This document shows, in pieces, positions 20,856-30,320 of a stretch of 64,000 nt of DNA. How positions within the stretch are numbered: the first letter of the stretch is position 1; each line of letters opens with the position of its first letter. The notes beneath the pieces were generated by a model, which had not been told where the DNA came from, searched no databases, and saw only the letters and a list, made by a program, of their open reading frames with translations. The position numbers were made by a program, and so were the translations under genes. This DNA comes from Clostridia bacterium (GTDB lineage Bacteria; Bacillota; Clostridia; JAAYHZ01): positions 416,001-480,000 of the forward strand of contig JBMNIH010000004.1 of the NCBI GenBank assembly GCA_050950825.1, in the 5' to 3' direction.

Positions 20856-21893
20856 ATGGACGAAATAAAAGAATTTCAAGAAGCTTTATTAAATTGGTAT
20901 CGAAAATCCGGGAGAGTATTGCCTTGGCGAAGCGATCCGAGTCCGTATAAGGTATGGATATCGGAGATAATGCTGCAACAAACCAGGGTGGATACCGTTA
21001 TACCGTATTTTAATCGTTTCATATCGGAAATTCCCACCATAAAGGATTTGGCGGAGACCGATGACGAGAAGTTATATAAACTTTGGCAAGGACTTGGATA
21101 CTACCGAAGAGCCTCCCACCTAAAGAAAGCGGCACAAATCATGGTTGATCAATATAACGGCCGGTTGCCCGAAAACTTCAACGATTTGTTAACCCTTCCG
21201 GGCATCGGAGCCTATACTGCAGGGGCTATTTTATCTATCGCTTTTAACATATCGATTCCTGCCGTAGACGGAAATGTATTTCGTATCATAGCGCGTATCA
21301 ATGCGGAAACAGGAGATATTCAAAAGGCATCGGTAAAAAAACGATTGGAGGCCTGTGTTAAGGAATTAATTCCTTCAACCGATGCCGGGGATTTTAACCA
21401 AGCGCTTATGGATTTAGGAGCAAACATCTGCATACCAAACGGGATCCCGAAATGTGAAGAATGTCCTGTAAAAAATTTCTGCAAGGCGTACTCGGAAGGT
21501 CTTGCATATACTCTTCCTGTAAAAGGTAACAAGGCGGTACGTAAAACGCAAGAAATAACCGTGTTAAAGATTTTACGTGATAATCGTCTGGCTTTAAGAA
21601 AGAGAGAAGAAAAAGGTTTATTGTCCAACCTTTGGGAGCTTCCGAATTATCAAAGCTTTTTGACGGAAGAACAGTGTATAAAGATACTTCAAAACAACGG
21701 TTTCAAAGTGACCTCCATTATGCCTATGGAAAGGGTGAAACACGCCTTTTCACATATGGATTGGATCATGATAGGTTACTTGATAACGGTCGAAGGTAAC
21801 GAGGATTTATCTTCATGGACATGGGTGACTCGGGAAGAAATTCTAAATGTCTACTCTATACCTTCCGCATTTCTGCCTTTTCTTTCCGTATAA
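20856..21893 (+). CDS. mutY: A/G-specific adenine glycosylase
   Basis: WISEIMLQQT, WQGLGYY, LPGIGAYTA (HhH), VDGNV, CxxxxxxCxxCPxxxxC Fe-S motif, C-terminal NUDIX-like domain. Confidence 0.93.
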   Translation: MDEIKEFQEALLNWYRKSGRVLPWRSDPSPYKVWISEIMLQQTRVDTVIPYFNRFISEIPTIKDLAETDDEKLYKLWQGLGYYRRASHLKKAAQIMVDQYNGRLPENFNDLLTLPGIGAYTAGAILSIAFNISIPAVDGNVFRIIARINAETGDIQKASVKKRLEACVKELIPSTDAGDFNQALMDLGANICIPNGIPKCEECPVKNFCKAYSEGLAYTLPVKGNKAVRKTQEITVLKILRDNRLALRKREEKGLLSNLWELPNYQSFLTEEQCIKILQNNGFKVTSIMPMERVKHAFSHMDWIMIGYLITVEGNEDLSSWTWVTREEILNVYSIPSAFLPFLSV

Positions 21894-21948
21894 GCAAAAG
21901 CTGTGTCCTATATTGAGGAAAACATCCGTTGAATTATAGAATAAATAT

Positions 21949-23091
21949 CTATATTCTTCCGTTCCGGCGGACCATGTCGCAATAGAGACGAACTCTTGAA
22001 ACCGGAGTATCCGGGGTAACGGGACTGCCAATACTCATTATAAATCGCCCTGCATTCTTTTTTGCGGCATTCATTTGTCTTTTTATTTCGAATTCCAACA
22101 TTCCTTCGGAACCCATCTCTAAAACATTGTATGCATCCAAATTACCGAATACGGAGCATCGGCCGGATACATACTCTACGATTTCTTCGATATTAATATC
22201 AAATCCCTTTTTGCCTTCTTCCAAAGATATGGCATCGGCTCCGCATGAAAGTATTAAATCAAGTCTGTCGGCAGGATTACCGCAGTAGTAATAGATGCTT
22301 TTTAATCCTTCCGATCGAATTACGTCCGTTATTTGTGAAATTAACGGTACGTTTATATTCTTGAAATGTTCGGGACTAATCATGTCGGTGAAGCATTCTT
22401 CTATCCAAATTCCCATTGCTCCGAGTGCTTTCGCGGTTTTAATATCGATAATTCTTTGTTCTAAAAATTTGTCGCACGCATATTGAATCAACTCCGGAGC
22501 ATCGACCATGGCAATCATCATGCCTTCAAATCCCCACAATTGGTAGCAGTACCATAAAGGTGAACTAATATGAACAATAGGAAAGAGTCTGTAATCGATT
22601 TCTTTCAACAGACGGAGAGCCAAACGGTTTCTGCCTTCTTTTGAAAGACGCTCCGGGTATGTATAGTCGGGCTGACGCACCAACCGGTCGATGTCTTCTT
22701 TAGATCGTATTTCCTGTTTCGGTTTTAACGATTGAATGCGGCCGTTAGGGTTCCAACCGCTAACTTGAGGTTTACTGAGATTTCTCTCGTAGCTTTCTTT
22801 ATGATTAACCAAATAGACTTCATCTTGACGAATTTCAATTTTCATATTCAATTGCTCTTCCGTCGAATAGAAATGTGGCAGGCATGTCCAATCTTGGCCT
22901 ATAGTCTCGATGACATCACGACGCCACTTAATTTGCTTGTCGATGTCGGTTTCGTATTGATACCACCAAGGGGAGGAGGTCAATTGGTCCCAATGATCTC
23001 GGATAAATATTCCTTCATAGCATATTACTACAGGAATCTCGCAGGTTCCTTCTTTAGAAAATGCCGCTTCGATCTTTTCTTTTCCGTTCAT
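21949..23091 (-). CDS. Uroporphyrinogen decarboxylase/MtaA-like (URO-D) family protein
   Basis: KEKIEAA N-term, GFEGMM, MISPEHF, YYCG, FGNLD, TPVS. Confidence 0.75.
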   Translation of the reverse strand: MNGKEKIEAAFSKEGTCEIPVVICYEGIFIRDHWDQLTSSPWWYQYETDIDKQIKWRRDVIETIGQDWTCLPHFYSTEEQLNMKIEIRQDEVYLVNHKESYERNLSKPQVSGWNPNGRIQSLKPKQEIRSKEDIDRLVRQPDYTYPERLSKEGRNRLALRLLKEIDYRLFPIVHISSPLWYCYQLWGFEGMMIAMVDAPELIQYACDKFLEQRIIDIKTAKALGAMGIWIEECFTDMISPEHFKNINVPLISQITDVIRSEGLKSIYYYCGNPADRLDLILSCGADAISLEEGKKGFDINIEEIVEYVSGRCSVFGNLDAYNVLEMGSEGMLEFEIKRQMNAAKKNAGRFIMSIGSPVTPDTPVSRVRLYCDMVRRNGRI

Positions 23092-23242
23092 TTACATTCC
23101 TCCCTCTGTCGACTGTAAGAATTCGGATTGTTTCGTTTGGATTATGACACAACCTTTGCATAAATTATTAATTATTAATTGTCTACCTTGATTATCTTAA
23201 AATATAACCCGGGACATGTAAAGAAAGTTTTTTAATAAAAAA

Positions 23243-23273
23243 ACAAGACCTACGGTTTTTACCACCGGTCTTG
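23243..23273 (-). terminator. Intrinsic terminator of abrB
   Basis: CAAGACC/GGTCTTG stem with a T-tract on the minus strand. Confidence 0.55.
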
Positions 23274-23371
23274 CTTTTTACCGATTGATCTTATCGGCAG
23301 GTAGTGTCGAAGTTTTTTTACGCGAGAAATCATTCCGTATCTCGCAATTGTTATGTATGAATCAATTTCTA

Positions 23372-23626
23372 TTATTTCTTAGCAGCTTCTGCTAATTTTT
23401 CGATGCACGGTTTGCAAATATTTTTGCCCGAGTGGTTGATTACATCGCTTGCATTGCCGCAGAATATGCATGCAGGTTGGTATTTCTTTAGAATGATTGA
23501 TTCATCATCAACATAGATTTCCATAGCGTCTTTGATTTTAATATCAAATGTTTTTCTTAATTCCATCGGAAGAACAACTCTTCCTAATTCGTCCACTTTT
23601 CTTACTATTCCTGTAGCTTTCATCAT
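23372..23626 (-). CDS. abrB: AbrB-family transition-state regulator
   Basis: MKATGIVRKVDELGRVVLP..LKKY..CIFC..IC. Confidence 0.93.
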   Translation of the reverse strand: MMKATGIVRKVDELGRVVLPMELRKTFDIKIKDAMEIYVDDESIILKKYQPACIFCGNASDVINHSGKNICKPCIEKLAEAAKK

Positions 23627-23732
23627 AACCCTTCCCTTTTTTAAAAAAATTTAATAAATGATAATTCCTTGTACAAGTTTTCTGTGTTTTCCTCTTACGC
23701 AATATTGTTTATATTGCATATTTGTATCTTTT

Positions 23733-23776
23733 TTCGACACCCTTCCTAATTATACAGATTTTAAAACATTTATCAA
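23733..23776 (-). promoter_or_regulatory. abrB promoter with downstream Spo0A box
   Basis: TTGATA-N16-TATAAT (23776-23749) followed by TGTCGAA (23739-23733). Confidence 0.55.
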
Positions 23777-23966
23777 GGTTAAATTATGTTAATTATTGAA
23801 TAAATGAGACGAATAAGCTCGCTTTTATGTCTTTTTGTTTAATTTTCGATGCTTTTAATGCCGAATTCATAAATGTATATGATAAAATAAGGTTTAAATA
23901 CGAAACCGGTTTGGATGTTATATACCGGTTAAAAATCTGCTTTATGTAAGCACAGGAGAGGTTTCT

Positions 23967-24854
23967 ATGATTATACCTAAGATCGATTTACATGCCCACG
24001 CAATTCCTTCAAGGGAGTATCCCAGACTGGACGGTGATCACTTTTTAACCCCGGATGAACTTCGAATAAAGTATGATGAAATAGGGGTTGAAAAAGGCGT
24101 GCAATTGCCGATTGCTTCACCGGAATACGAATGCGATTTGCTAACGAACAAAGAAGCTCGTTTGTTAGTGGAAAATCGACCCGATGTTATCGGCTGGTGG
24201 TTTTGCAACATAGATCCACGATGGGGAACGAATAGGCCGGATGCAAATTTATCGGTTTTTTTGGAATACTTTAAATCCAAAGGAGCCAAAGGAGTAGGTG
24301 AAGTTACAGCCAACCTGTATTTTGACGATCCTTATATGGAAAATTTGTTTTATCACTGTGAAAAAAATAATCTTCCTTTGCTGTTTCATATGGGAAGATT
24401 AGGCGGAGGAGACTACGGTATTGTTGACGATTTTCATTTTCCGCGCCTTGAAAAAGCACTGAACAAGTTTCCGAATTTAATCTTCATCGGTCATTCTCAA
24501 AAATGGTGGGCTGAAATTAGCGGTGATATCAAGGAAGAGCAACGCGGCGGTTATCCGAGCGGTAAAGTGGTCCCCGGAGGACGAACGGTCGAACTTTTGC
24601 GCAATTACCCGAATATGCATGCCGATTTGTCTGCAGGTTCGGGAGGAAACGCAATCATACGGGATCCGGAATTCGGGTATCAATTCTTGGAAGAATTCCA
24701 AGACAAGTTATATTTCGGTATCGATTTTTGTGCTATGCATAATGTTATGGAACTGTCCAAATTCTTGGACGATGCGGTAGAGCGCGGATACATATCCCAA
24801 ACGGCATATAATAAAATATGCCGAGAAAATGCTTTACGCTTATTGGAAGGCTGA
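23967..24854 (+). CDS. Amidohydrolase family protein (Amidohydro_2)
   Basis: IDLHAH, GVGE, LFHM, FIGH, ADLS, FGID. Confidence 0.85.
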   Translation: MIIPKIDLHAHAIPSREYPRLDGDHFLTPDELRIKYDEIGVEKGVQLPIASPEYECDLLTNKEARLLVENRPDVIGWWFCNIDPRWGTNRPDANLSVFLEYFKSKGAKGVGEVTANLYFDDPYMENLFYHCEKNNLPLLFHMGRLGGGDYGIVDDFHFPRLEKALNKFPNLIFIGHSQKWWAEISGDIKEEQRGGYPSGKVVPGGRTVELLRNYPNMHADLSAGSGGNAIIRDPEFGYQFLEEFQDKLYFGIDFCAMHNVMELSKFLDDAVERGYISQTAYNKICRENALRLLEG

Positions 24855-24859
24855 ATATA

Positions 24860-24874
24860 GGGGACGGTTCTCAA
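24860..24874 (+). repeat. REP-like 15-mer copy
   Basis: Exact GGGGACGGTTCTCAA, 5 bp after the stop codon. Confidence 0.8.
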
Positions 24875-24882
24875 CCGATAGC

Positions 24883-24911
24883 AATCGGTCCGGCGATGTG
24901 CCGGACCGATT
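24883..24911. other. GC-rich intergenic hairpin
   Basis: AATCGGTCCGGC/GCCGGACCGATT perfect 12-bp stem, no U-tract. Confidence 0.6.
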
Positions 24912-25018
24912 AATCATAGATATTTAATTTTTAAAAGAAAGGCGGTGAAAGCTCGGTATTAATTAGACTTGTGTTAGCAATCATCATAACAACACAAAAG
25001 TGATACCGAGCGAGAAGT

Positions 25019-26980
25019 ATGAGAAAAACCATACCTTTTCCGGCATATTACGACGATGTGCCGATAGACCTGTCTTTTGTATTCGAAAACGAGAAGCCTG
25101 CAGGAAAACACGGTTTTTTGAAAGCGGATAAAGACCGATTTGTTTTCGAGGATCAAACCGAAGCCCGGTTTTGGGGAACGAATTTTAACGGCGGTTCCAA
25201 CTTCCCGGAATTCGAATATGCGGAAAAAATAGCAAAACGTCTTTCCAAAATAGGTATCAATTTGGTTCGTTTTCACCAATTGGATTCCGAATGGAATACT
25301 CCCAACATCTATCAATTTACAAAGGGTAAAAGACTTAAGAATACACAAACCTTTGATCCTGAAAGTCTAAAAAGATTGGATTATTTGATTTATTGTTTGA
25401 AACGGGAAGGAATATACTGCTATCTTGATATTTTTACATACCGGAAGTTTAAATCCGGTGACGGTGTCGAAAATGCCATTGCATTGAAGGATGCTGCAAA
25501 ACCCTACTCCGGTTATAATAGGCATATGATTGAGCTGCAGAAAAAAAACGCCTATGATTTTTGGACCCATGTCAACCCCTATACGGGGCTTGCCTACAAA
25601 GACGATCCTGTTTTTGTTTTATGCGAAATTGTCAATGAAAGCACGCTGTTTAGCAGAATAGACGTGGAGCCTTATGCCGGAGAATTCAGAAGGCTGTTTC
25701 GCGATTGGCTAAAAGAAAGAGACATTAAATACGATTGGGAACACTGTGATTTGAATGGAAAGGATCCGGTTCTCATCGACTTTAAAGTCGAATTGCAGCA
25801 AAAATATTATACGGAAATGATTTCATATATGAAACAAATCGGTGTAAAGATACCGATTACCGGAACCAATTACACCATTTGCAGCGCAAATTGCAAAGCG
25901 CAAACGGTTACCGATTTTTGCGACAACCATGCGTACATCTATGATTGGCGATGGGGAGAAAATGAAAAACGCTGCAAGAACATTGCAGTTACCCAAATGT
26001 CGGAGAGTGTTTTCGGAACACTTTCTCTGATGCGAGTATTTGATAAACCGTTTTTTGTTTCCGAATGGGATATGCCGTGGCCGAACGAATACCGTGCCGA
26101 AAGTCCCTTGCTATTCGCCGCTGTAGGAGCATTGCAGGACTGGTCGGGGTTTGCCATCCATACATATGCCTACGGGAATCGGCTGCAGTATATGAACATG
26201 TTAGGAAAAGAAGTATCCTCGTCTTCCATTGGCGGAGTACCTTACAGGGAAGGTATATTCAGTACATGGAACGATCCTGCGAAATTCGGGCTTTTCTATC
26301 ATGCCGCACTTATAACAAGGCGTAAAGATGTTTCATCTTCGAAAAGCAAAATCGCCATTCGTATTAAGGATTTGACAACCTCGATGAAACCGGCATTTAG
26401 GGTATCGGCAGAGATGTCGAAGATAGCCGCTTGCTATAATGACGATATGCCCGATGCAGAAATTGTTTCGGAAGATCAAGTTCTTGTAGATGAAAGCAAA
26501 GGAGAGGTTCGATCCGATACGGGAGAATTGTACAGAAACTGGAATAAAAATTACGGAATAATTGATACTCCGAGAACAAAATGTGCTTACGGTTTCTTGC
26601 AGAAGAATTCACCGGTGGAACTAAACGGTTTGACCGTTGAGTCAAAAACGGATTTTGCTGTAATAGCCATGAGTTCTCTGACCGACGATGCTTTGGGTAA
26701 TAGTGACAATATCTTGCTAACTACAGTCGGTAGAGCGATGAACACCGATGCCAAATTTGAAGGAGACTTAATGACTGACTACGGCAGACCTCCTATACTG
26801 ATAGAGGTTATTGAGGCGGATATTAAACTTAAGACCGAGCGGCAAAATTTAAGGGTATGGGCAGTGAATGCCGAAGGGTTCTTTGTCGGCGAGATTCCGA
26901 CTCAATATGAAAACGGTGTGTTGAGTTTTACTTTAGGAGACCGATTCCCGAGCATGTACTATTTGATACAAGAAGAATAA
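25019..26980 (+). CDS. Clan GH-A (GH5-like) glycoside hydrolase, cytoplasmic
   Basis: RFWGTN, GINLVRFH, NPYTGLAYKDDP, EIVNE (acid/base), DNHAY, VSEW (nucleophile). No signal peptide. Confidence 0.75.
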   Translation: MRKTIPFPAYYDDVPIDLSFVFENEKPAGKHGFLKADKDRFVFEDQTEARFWGTNFNGGSNFPEFEYAEKIAKRLSKIGINLVRFHQLDSEWNTPNIYQFTKGKRLKNTQTFDPESLKRLDYLIYCLKREGIYCYLDIFTYRKFKSGDGVENAIALKDAAKPYSGYNRHMIELQKKNAYDFWTHVNPYTGLAYKDDPVFVLCEIVNESTLFSRIDVEPYAGEFRRLFRDWLKERDIKYDWEHCDLNGKDPVLIDFKVELQQKYYTEMISYMKQIGVKIPITGTNYTICSANCKAQTVTDFCDNHAYIYDWRWGENEKRCKNIAVTQMSESVFGTLSLMRVFDKPFFVSEWDMPWPNEYRAESPLLFAAVGALQDWSGFAIHTYAYGNRLQYMNMLGKEVSSSSIGGVPYREGIFSTWNDPAKFGLFYHAALITRRKDVSSSKSKIAIRIKDLTTSMKPAFRVSAEMSKIAACYNDDMPDAEIVSEDQVLVDESKGEVRSDTGELYRNWNKNYGIIDTPRTKCAYGFLQKNSPVELNGLTVESKTDFAVIAMSSLTDDALGNSDNILLTTVGRAMNTDAKFEGDLMTDYGRPPILIEVIEADIKLKTERQNLRVWAVNAEGFFVGEIPTQYENGVLSFTLGDRFPSMYYLIQEE

Positions 26981-26992
26981 TTGGTAACCCAA

Positions 26993-27018
26993 GACCGTTC
27001 GACAAATGTCGAGCGGTC
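26993..27018 (+). terminator. Hairpin after the GH5-like gene
   Basis: GACCGTTCGAC/GTCGAGCGGTC stem with a weak T tail. Confidence 0.45.
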
Positions 27019-27178
27019 GATTTATATCATTCGGGATTCGAAATATACATGTATAACTTGGACCTATAGGACATACACATAGAAAAAGTTTTTGAGAATT
27101 GATATTAAGTCATTCGGCATAGAAATTATAAAAAAATTAATAAAGAAGCTTTTATACTAAAAGCAAAATGGTGGTTAT

Positions 27179-27631
27179 ATGAAAAATCAATGTCGGCAGG
27201 ATGAAATAAAGCGCAGCGTCCGAAACTTGAAGAAGTTGGAATTAAAAATCCGATTCAACCAAGAGCAAATACCGGACGGTTTGCGTACCCGTATTGTATG
27301 GAACGAATTCTTCAACTTGAAAGAGCAGGGGAAGGGGAAATATTCGCTTGATTTTTTGGCTTCGCTAAGCAAAGAGGAGTTTAAAGAAGTAATCAATGAA
27401 TTCTTCTTTAAGGTTTACGAGCAATACTATGCTGAAAATGCATTGAACTACATAAATGTAAAGAACGCCGATAAACTCGCTTTGTTAGGGTTGCCCTATG
27501 ATGCGGACAACGATATGGTAAAAGCAAGATTTCGAGAATTAGCGAAAAAGTATCATCCGGACCACGGAGGCGACCGAGAACAGTTTATATGGTTGATGGA
27601 GATTTATAAAGAATTGACCGGTAAGTTATAG
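27179..27631 (+). CDS. Protein with C-terminal DnaJ domain
   Basis: LLGL..VKARFRELAKKYHPDHGG. Confidence 0.85.
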   Translation: MKNQCRQDEIKRSVRNLKKLELKIRFNQEQIPDGLRTRIVWNEFFNLKEQGKGKYSLDFLASLSKEEFKEVINEFFFKVYEQYYAENALNYINVKNADKLALLGLPYDADNDMVKARFRELAKKYHPDHGGDREQFIWLMEIYKELTGKL

Positions 27632-27639
27632 ACATAAAA

Positions 27640-27676
27640 AACGGCAAATCGTTTTTTGACTTGCCGTTCTTTCTTC
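27640..27676 (+). terminator. Intrinsic terminator
   Basis: AACGGCAA/TTGCCGTT stem plus a pyrimidine tail. Confidence 0.6.
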
Positions 27677-27842
27677 AATTCCAAATTGATTTTAATCAAA
27701 CGTTTTGATCAACTGTCATTATGTTTTATCAAGAGTTTTATCCTAGCCGAAAGTATATTGATCACCGTTTTTGCAAAGAGTGGCGCTTTCCAATGGTAGT
27801 ATTTCATTATCGGCATGATGAGGCCAATAAAATGCATGAAAA

Positions 27843-27876
27843 AAGGGGAGCGGTACTTAGTGAGAACCGTCCCCTT
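27843..27876 (-). repeat. REP-like doublet hairpin, probable thrS terminator
   Basis: TGAGAACCGTCCCC (27861-27874) pairs with degenerate AAGGGGAGCGGTACTTA; T-tract follows on the minus strand. Confidence 0.7.
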
Positions 27877-27889
27877 ATTTGTTATTGCA

Positions 27890-29797
27890 CTAAATTACTT
27901 TGCCTTTAATTTCTTGATCAATTTTGTCCATGAAATCATTCAGGCTCATGGCTCCTAAGTCGCCTTCTTTTCTGGATCTTACGGCAACCATATTATTGTC
28001 CATTTCCTTATCGCCAATGACCAGCATATAAGGTATCTTTTCCAATTGGGCTTCCCTTATTTTATATCCGATCTTTTCGTTTCTTAAATCGATTTCTACT
28101 CGAATACCTTTTGCCTCCAATTCCTTTTGAACCTTTGCCGCATACTCGTGATGTTTGTCAACCAGCGGCAGGATCTTGACTTGGATAGGCGAGAGCCAAA
28201 CAGGGAAAGCACCGGCAAAATGCTCGGTCAAAATGGCAATGAAACGTTCGATGCTTCCGAATACGACTCTGTGGATCATGACCGGTCTGTGTTTTTCACC
28301 GTCAGCTCCTATATAGCTCAAGTCAAAGCGTTCGGGCATTTGGAAATCCAATTGGATGGTACCGCACTGCCAAGTACGACCGATGGAGTCTTCCAGATGG
28401 AAGTCGATTTTCGGACCGTAGAACGCTCCGTCTCCTTCGTTGATCTTGTATTCCATTTTTATAGAGTCTAATGCTTTTTTCAAGGCGTTTGTTGCAATTT
28501 CCCAATCTTCGTCGGAGCCCATGTAGCTTTCCGGCTTTGTGGACAGCTCCACATGATATTTGAATCCAAAGACCTTGTAAAAATCGTCGATTAAACTTAT
28601 AACGCCCAACACCTCGTCGGTAATTTGCTCGGGAGTCATAAATATATGTGCATCGTCTTGGGTAAAGCAACGTACTCTCATAAGTCCGTGAAGAGTTCCG
28701 GACAGCTCATGGCGATGAACCAAACCCAATTCGCAGATTCTTTGCGGCAAGTCTCTGTACGAATGCAGTTTTCTTTTGAAAACCAGCATTCCTCCGGGAC
28801 AGTTCATCGGCTTGATGGCAAAGTTTTGTTCATCAATTTTGGTAAAGTACATGTTGTCTTTATAATGATCCCAATGGCCGGAGCGATGCCACAATTCTTC
28901 GTTTAATATAATCGGTGTTCTGATTTCTTGGTAATTTCTTTTTTTGTGCTCATCACGCCAATAGCTTTCTAAAATGTTGCGAAGCACCATTCCTTTTGGC
29001 ATGAAGAACGGGAAACCCGGGCCTTCTTCATAGATATCGAAAAGATCCAATTCTCTTCCCAGCTTCCGATGATCTCGTTTTCTTGCTTCCTCTAAGCGGA
29101 ACAGATAATCATCCAGATCGCTTTTCTTGGTGAAAGCGGTTCCGTATATTCTTTGAAGCATTTTGTTCTTTTCGCTTCCGCGCCAATAAGCGCCTGCAAC
29201 GGAAAGCAGCTTAAACGCTTTTACTTTTCCCGTGGATTCCGCGTGAGGGCCGGCGCAAAGATCGGTAAAATCTCCTTGCTTGTAGAAGGAAATGGTTTCG
29301 CCTTCAGGAAGATCATTAATCAGTTCCACCTTGTACGGTTCGTTTCTTTCTTCCATGAATTTAATAGCTTCATCTCGAGACAGTGTAAACCTTTCCAGTT
29401 TAATATCTTCCTTGACTATCTTCTGCATCTCCGCTTCGATTTTTTCAAGATCTTCAACGGAGAAAGGTTTCTCTACGTCAAAATCATAATAGAATCCGGT
29501 GTCAATGGCAGGTCCAATGGCAAGCTTGGCATTAGGATACAAATGCTTTACCGCTTGTGCCAAAACGTGGGATGCCGTATGCCTTAAAGCGTGTTTTCCT
29601 CCTTCATCGTCAAAGGTAAGAAGATGCAAAGTACAATCTTGGTGTAGTTCTGCACTCAAATCCATTACTTTTCCGTCAACTTCGCCGGCAAGAACGACTC
29701 GAGCCAAACCTGCACTAATGTCTTGGGCTACTTCTTTGATTGTGATCCCTTTTCTATACTCCTTCTTGCTTCCGTCTTTTAAGGTGACTTGTATCAT
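27890..29797 (-). CDS. thrS: Threonyl-tRNA synthetase
   Basis: TGS domain, RHTASH, DLCAGPH, RDHRKLG, KPMNCP, RHE, GAFYGPKID, GSIERF. Confidence 0.97.
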   Translation of the reverse strand: MIQVTLKDGSKKEYRKGITIKEVAQDISAGLARVVLAGEVDGKVMDLSAELHQDCTLHLLTFDDEGGKHALRHTASHVLAQAVKHLYPNAKLAIGPAIDTGFYYDFDVEKPFSVEDLEKIEAEMQKIVKEDIKLERFTLSRDEAIKFMEERNEPYKVELINDLPEGETISFYKQGDFTDLCAGPHAESTGKVKAFKLLSVAGAYWRGSEKNKMLQRIYGTAFTKKSDLDDYLFRLEEARKRDHRKLGRELDLFDIYEEGPGFPFFMPKGMVLRNILESYWRDEHKKRNYQEIRTPIILNEELWHRSGHWDHYKDNMYFTKIDEQNFAIKPMNCPGGMLVFKRKLHSYRDLPQRICELGLVHRHELSGTLHGLMRVRCFTQDDAHIFMTPEQITDEVLGVISLIDDFYKVFGFKYHVELSTKPESYMGSDEDWEIATNALKKALDSIKMEYKINEGDGAFYGPKIDFHLEDSIGRTWQCGTIQLDFQMPERFDLSYIGADGEKHRPVMIHRVVFGSIERFIAILTEHFAGAFPVWLSPIQVKILPLVDKHHEYAAKVQKELEAKGIRVEIDLRNEKIGYKIREAQLEKIPYMLVIGDKEMDNNMVAVRSRKEGDLGAMSLNDFMDKIDQEIKGKVI

Positions 29798-29843
29798 TTT
29801 AATCATTCCTTTCTTTTCATATTTTGCTGCCAAACGAATATAT

Positions 29844-30042
29844 AAAAAAACTCTCAATCCCTGTAAAGGGACGAGAGTCTATTCCCGTGGTTCCACCCTA
29901 ATTGCTTCTCATTATGATGATAACGGTATCATACCGATTGGCTCGGAGGTGGTTTTCGACCGTTTCCCCCAAAAAGTACTTTCAGCCGGGGTACTTTCTC
30001 TCTGATGGGTTGCCGCAGTTTACTCGTCTCGTCACTGCCATT
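29844..30042 (-). promoter_or_regulatory. T-box riboswitch (Thr specifier)
   Basis: AGTA box, AGAGA and GCTGA stem-I motifs, GAAAACC specifier loop (ACC = Thr), AGGGTGGAACCACG T-box, terminator CTCTCGTCCCT/AGGGATTGAGAG plus T7. Confidence 0.9.
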
Positions 30043-30069
30043 GTCATAATCTTGTTCAATTATTAAGAC

Positions 30070-30098
30070 ATTATACATAGAAATTTCATTCAGGTCAA
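30070..30098 (-). promoter_or_regulatory. Sigma-A promoter of the thrS leader
   Basis: TTGACC-N17-TATAAT. Confidence 0.7.
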
Positions 30099-30320
30099 CA
30101 AGTCTTTGTTGAATTTTTGCATACGTCCATTTGTCCATTTGCCGATTATATCATAGGGCCGGTTTGTTGATAAATTTTGAATCTTTCTATTAAGATAAAA
30201 GAATTTTTTGTCGAAAACCCGAGCAATCGTGATATAATTACGGCAATAAAGCGATAAATACGATTTAATCCGCATTTTTGAACAAAGCGGTTGTATTTTA
30301 AGCTTGTTGAGGTTTTCGAT

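Noticed and set aside
1646-27876. Recurring 15-mer as a CRISPR repeat or transcription-factor site
   Set aside because: Copies are kilobases apart with no spacers or cas genes, and most lie right after stop codons rather than in promoters.
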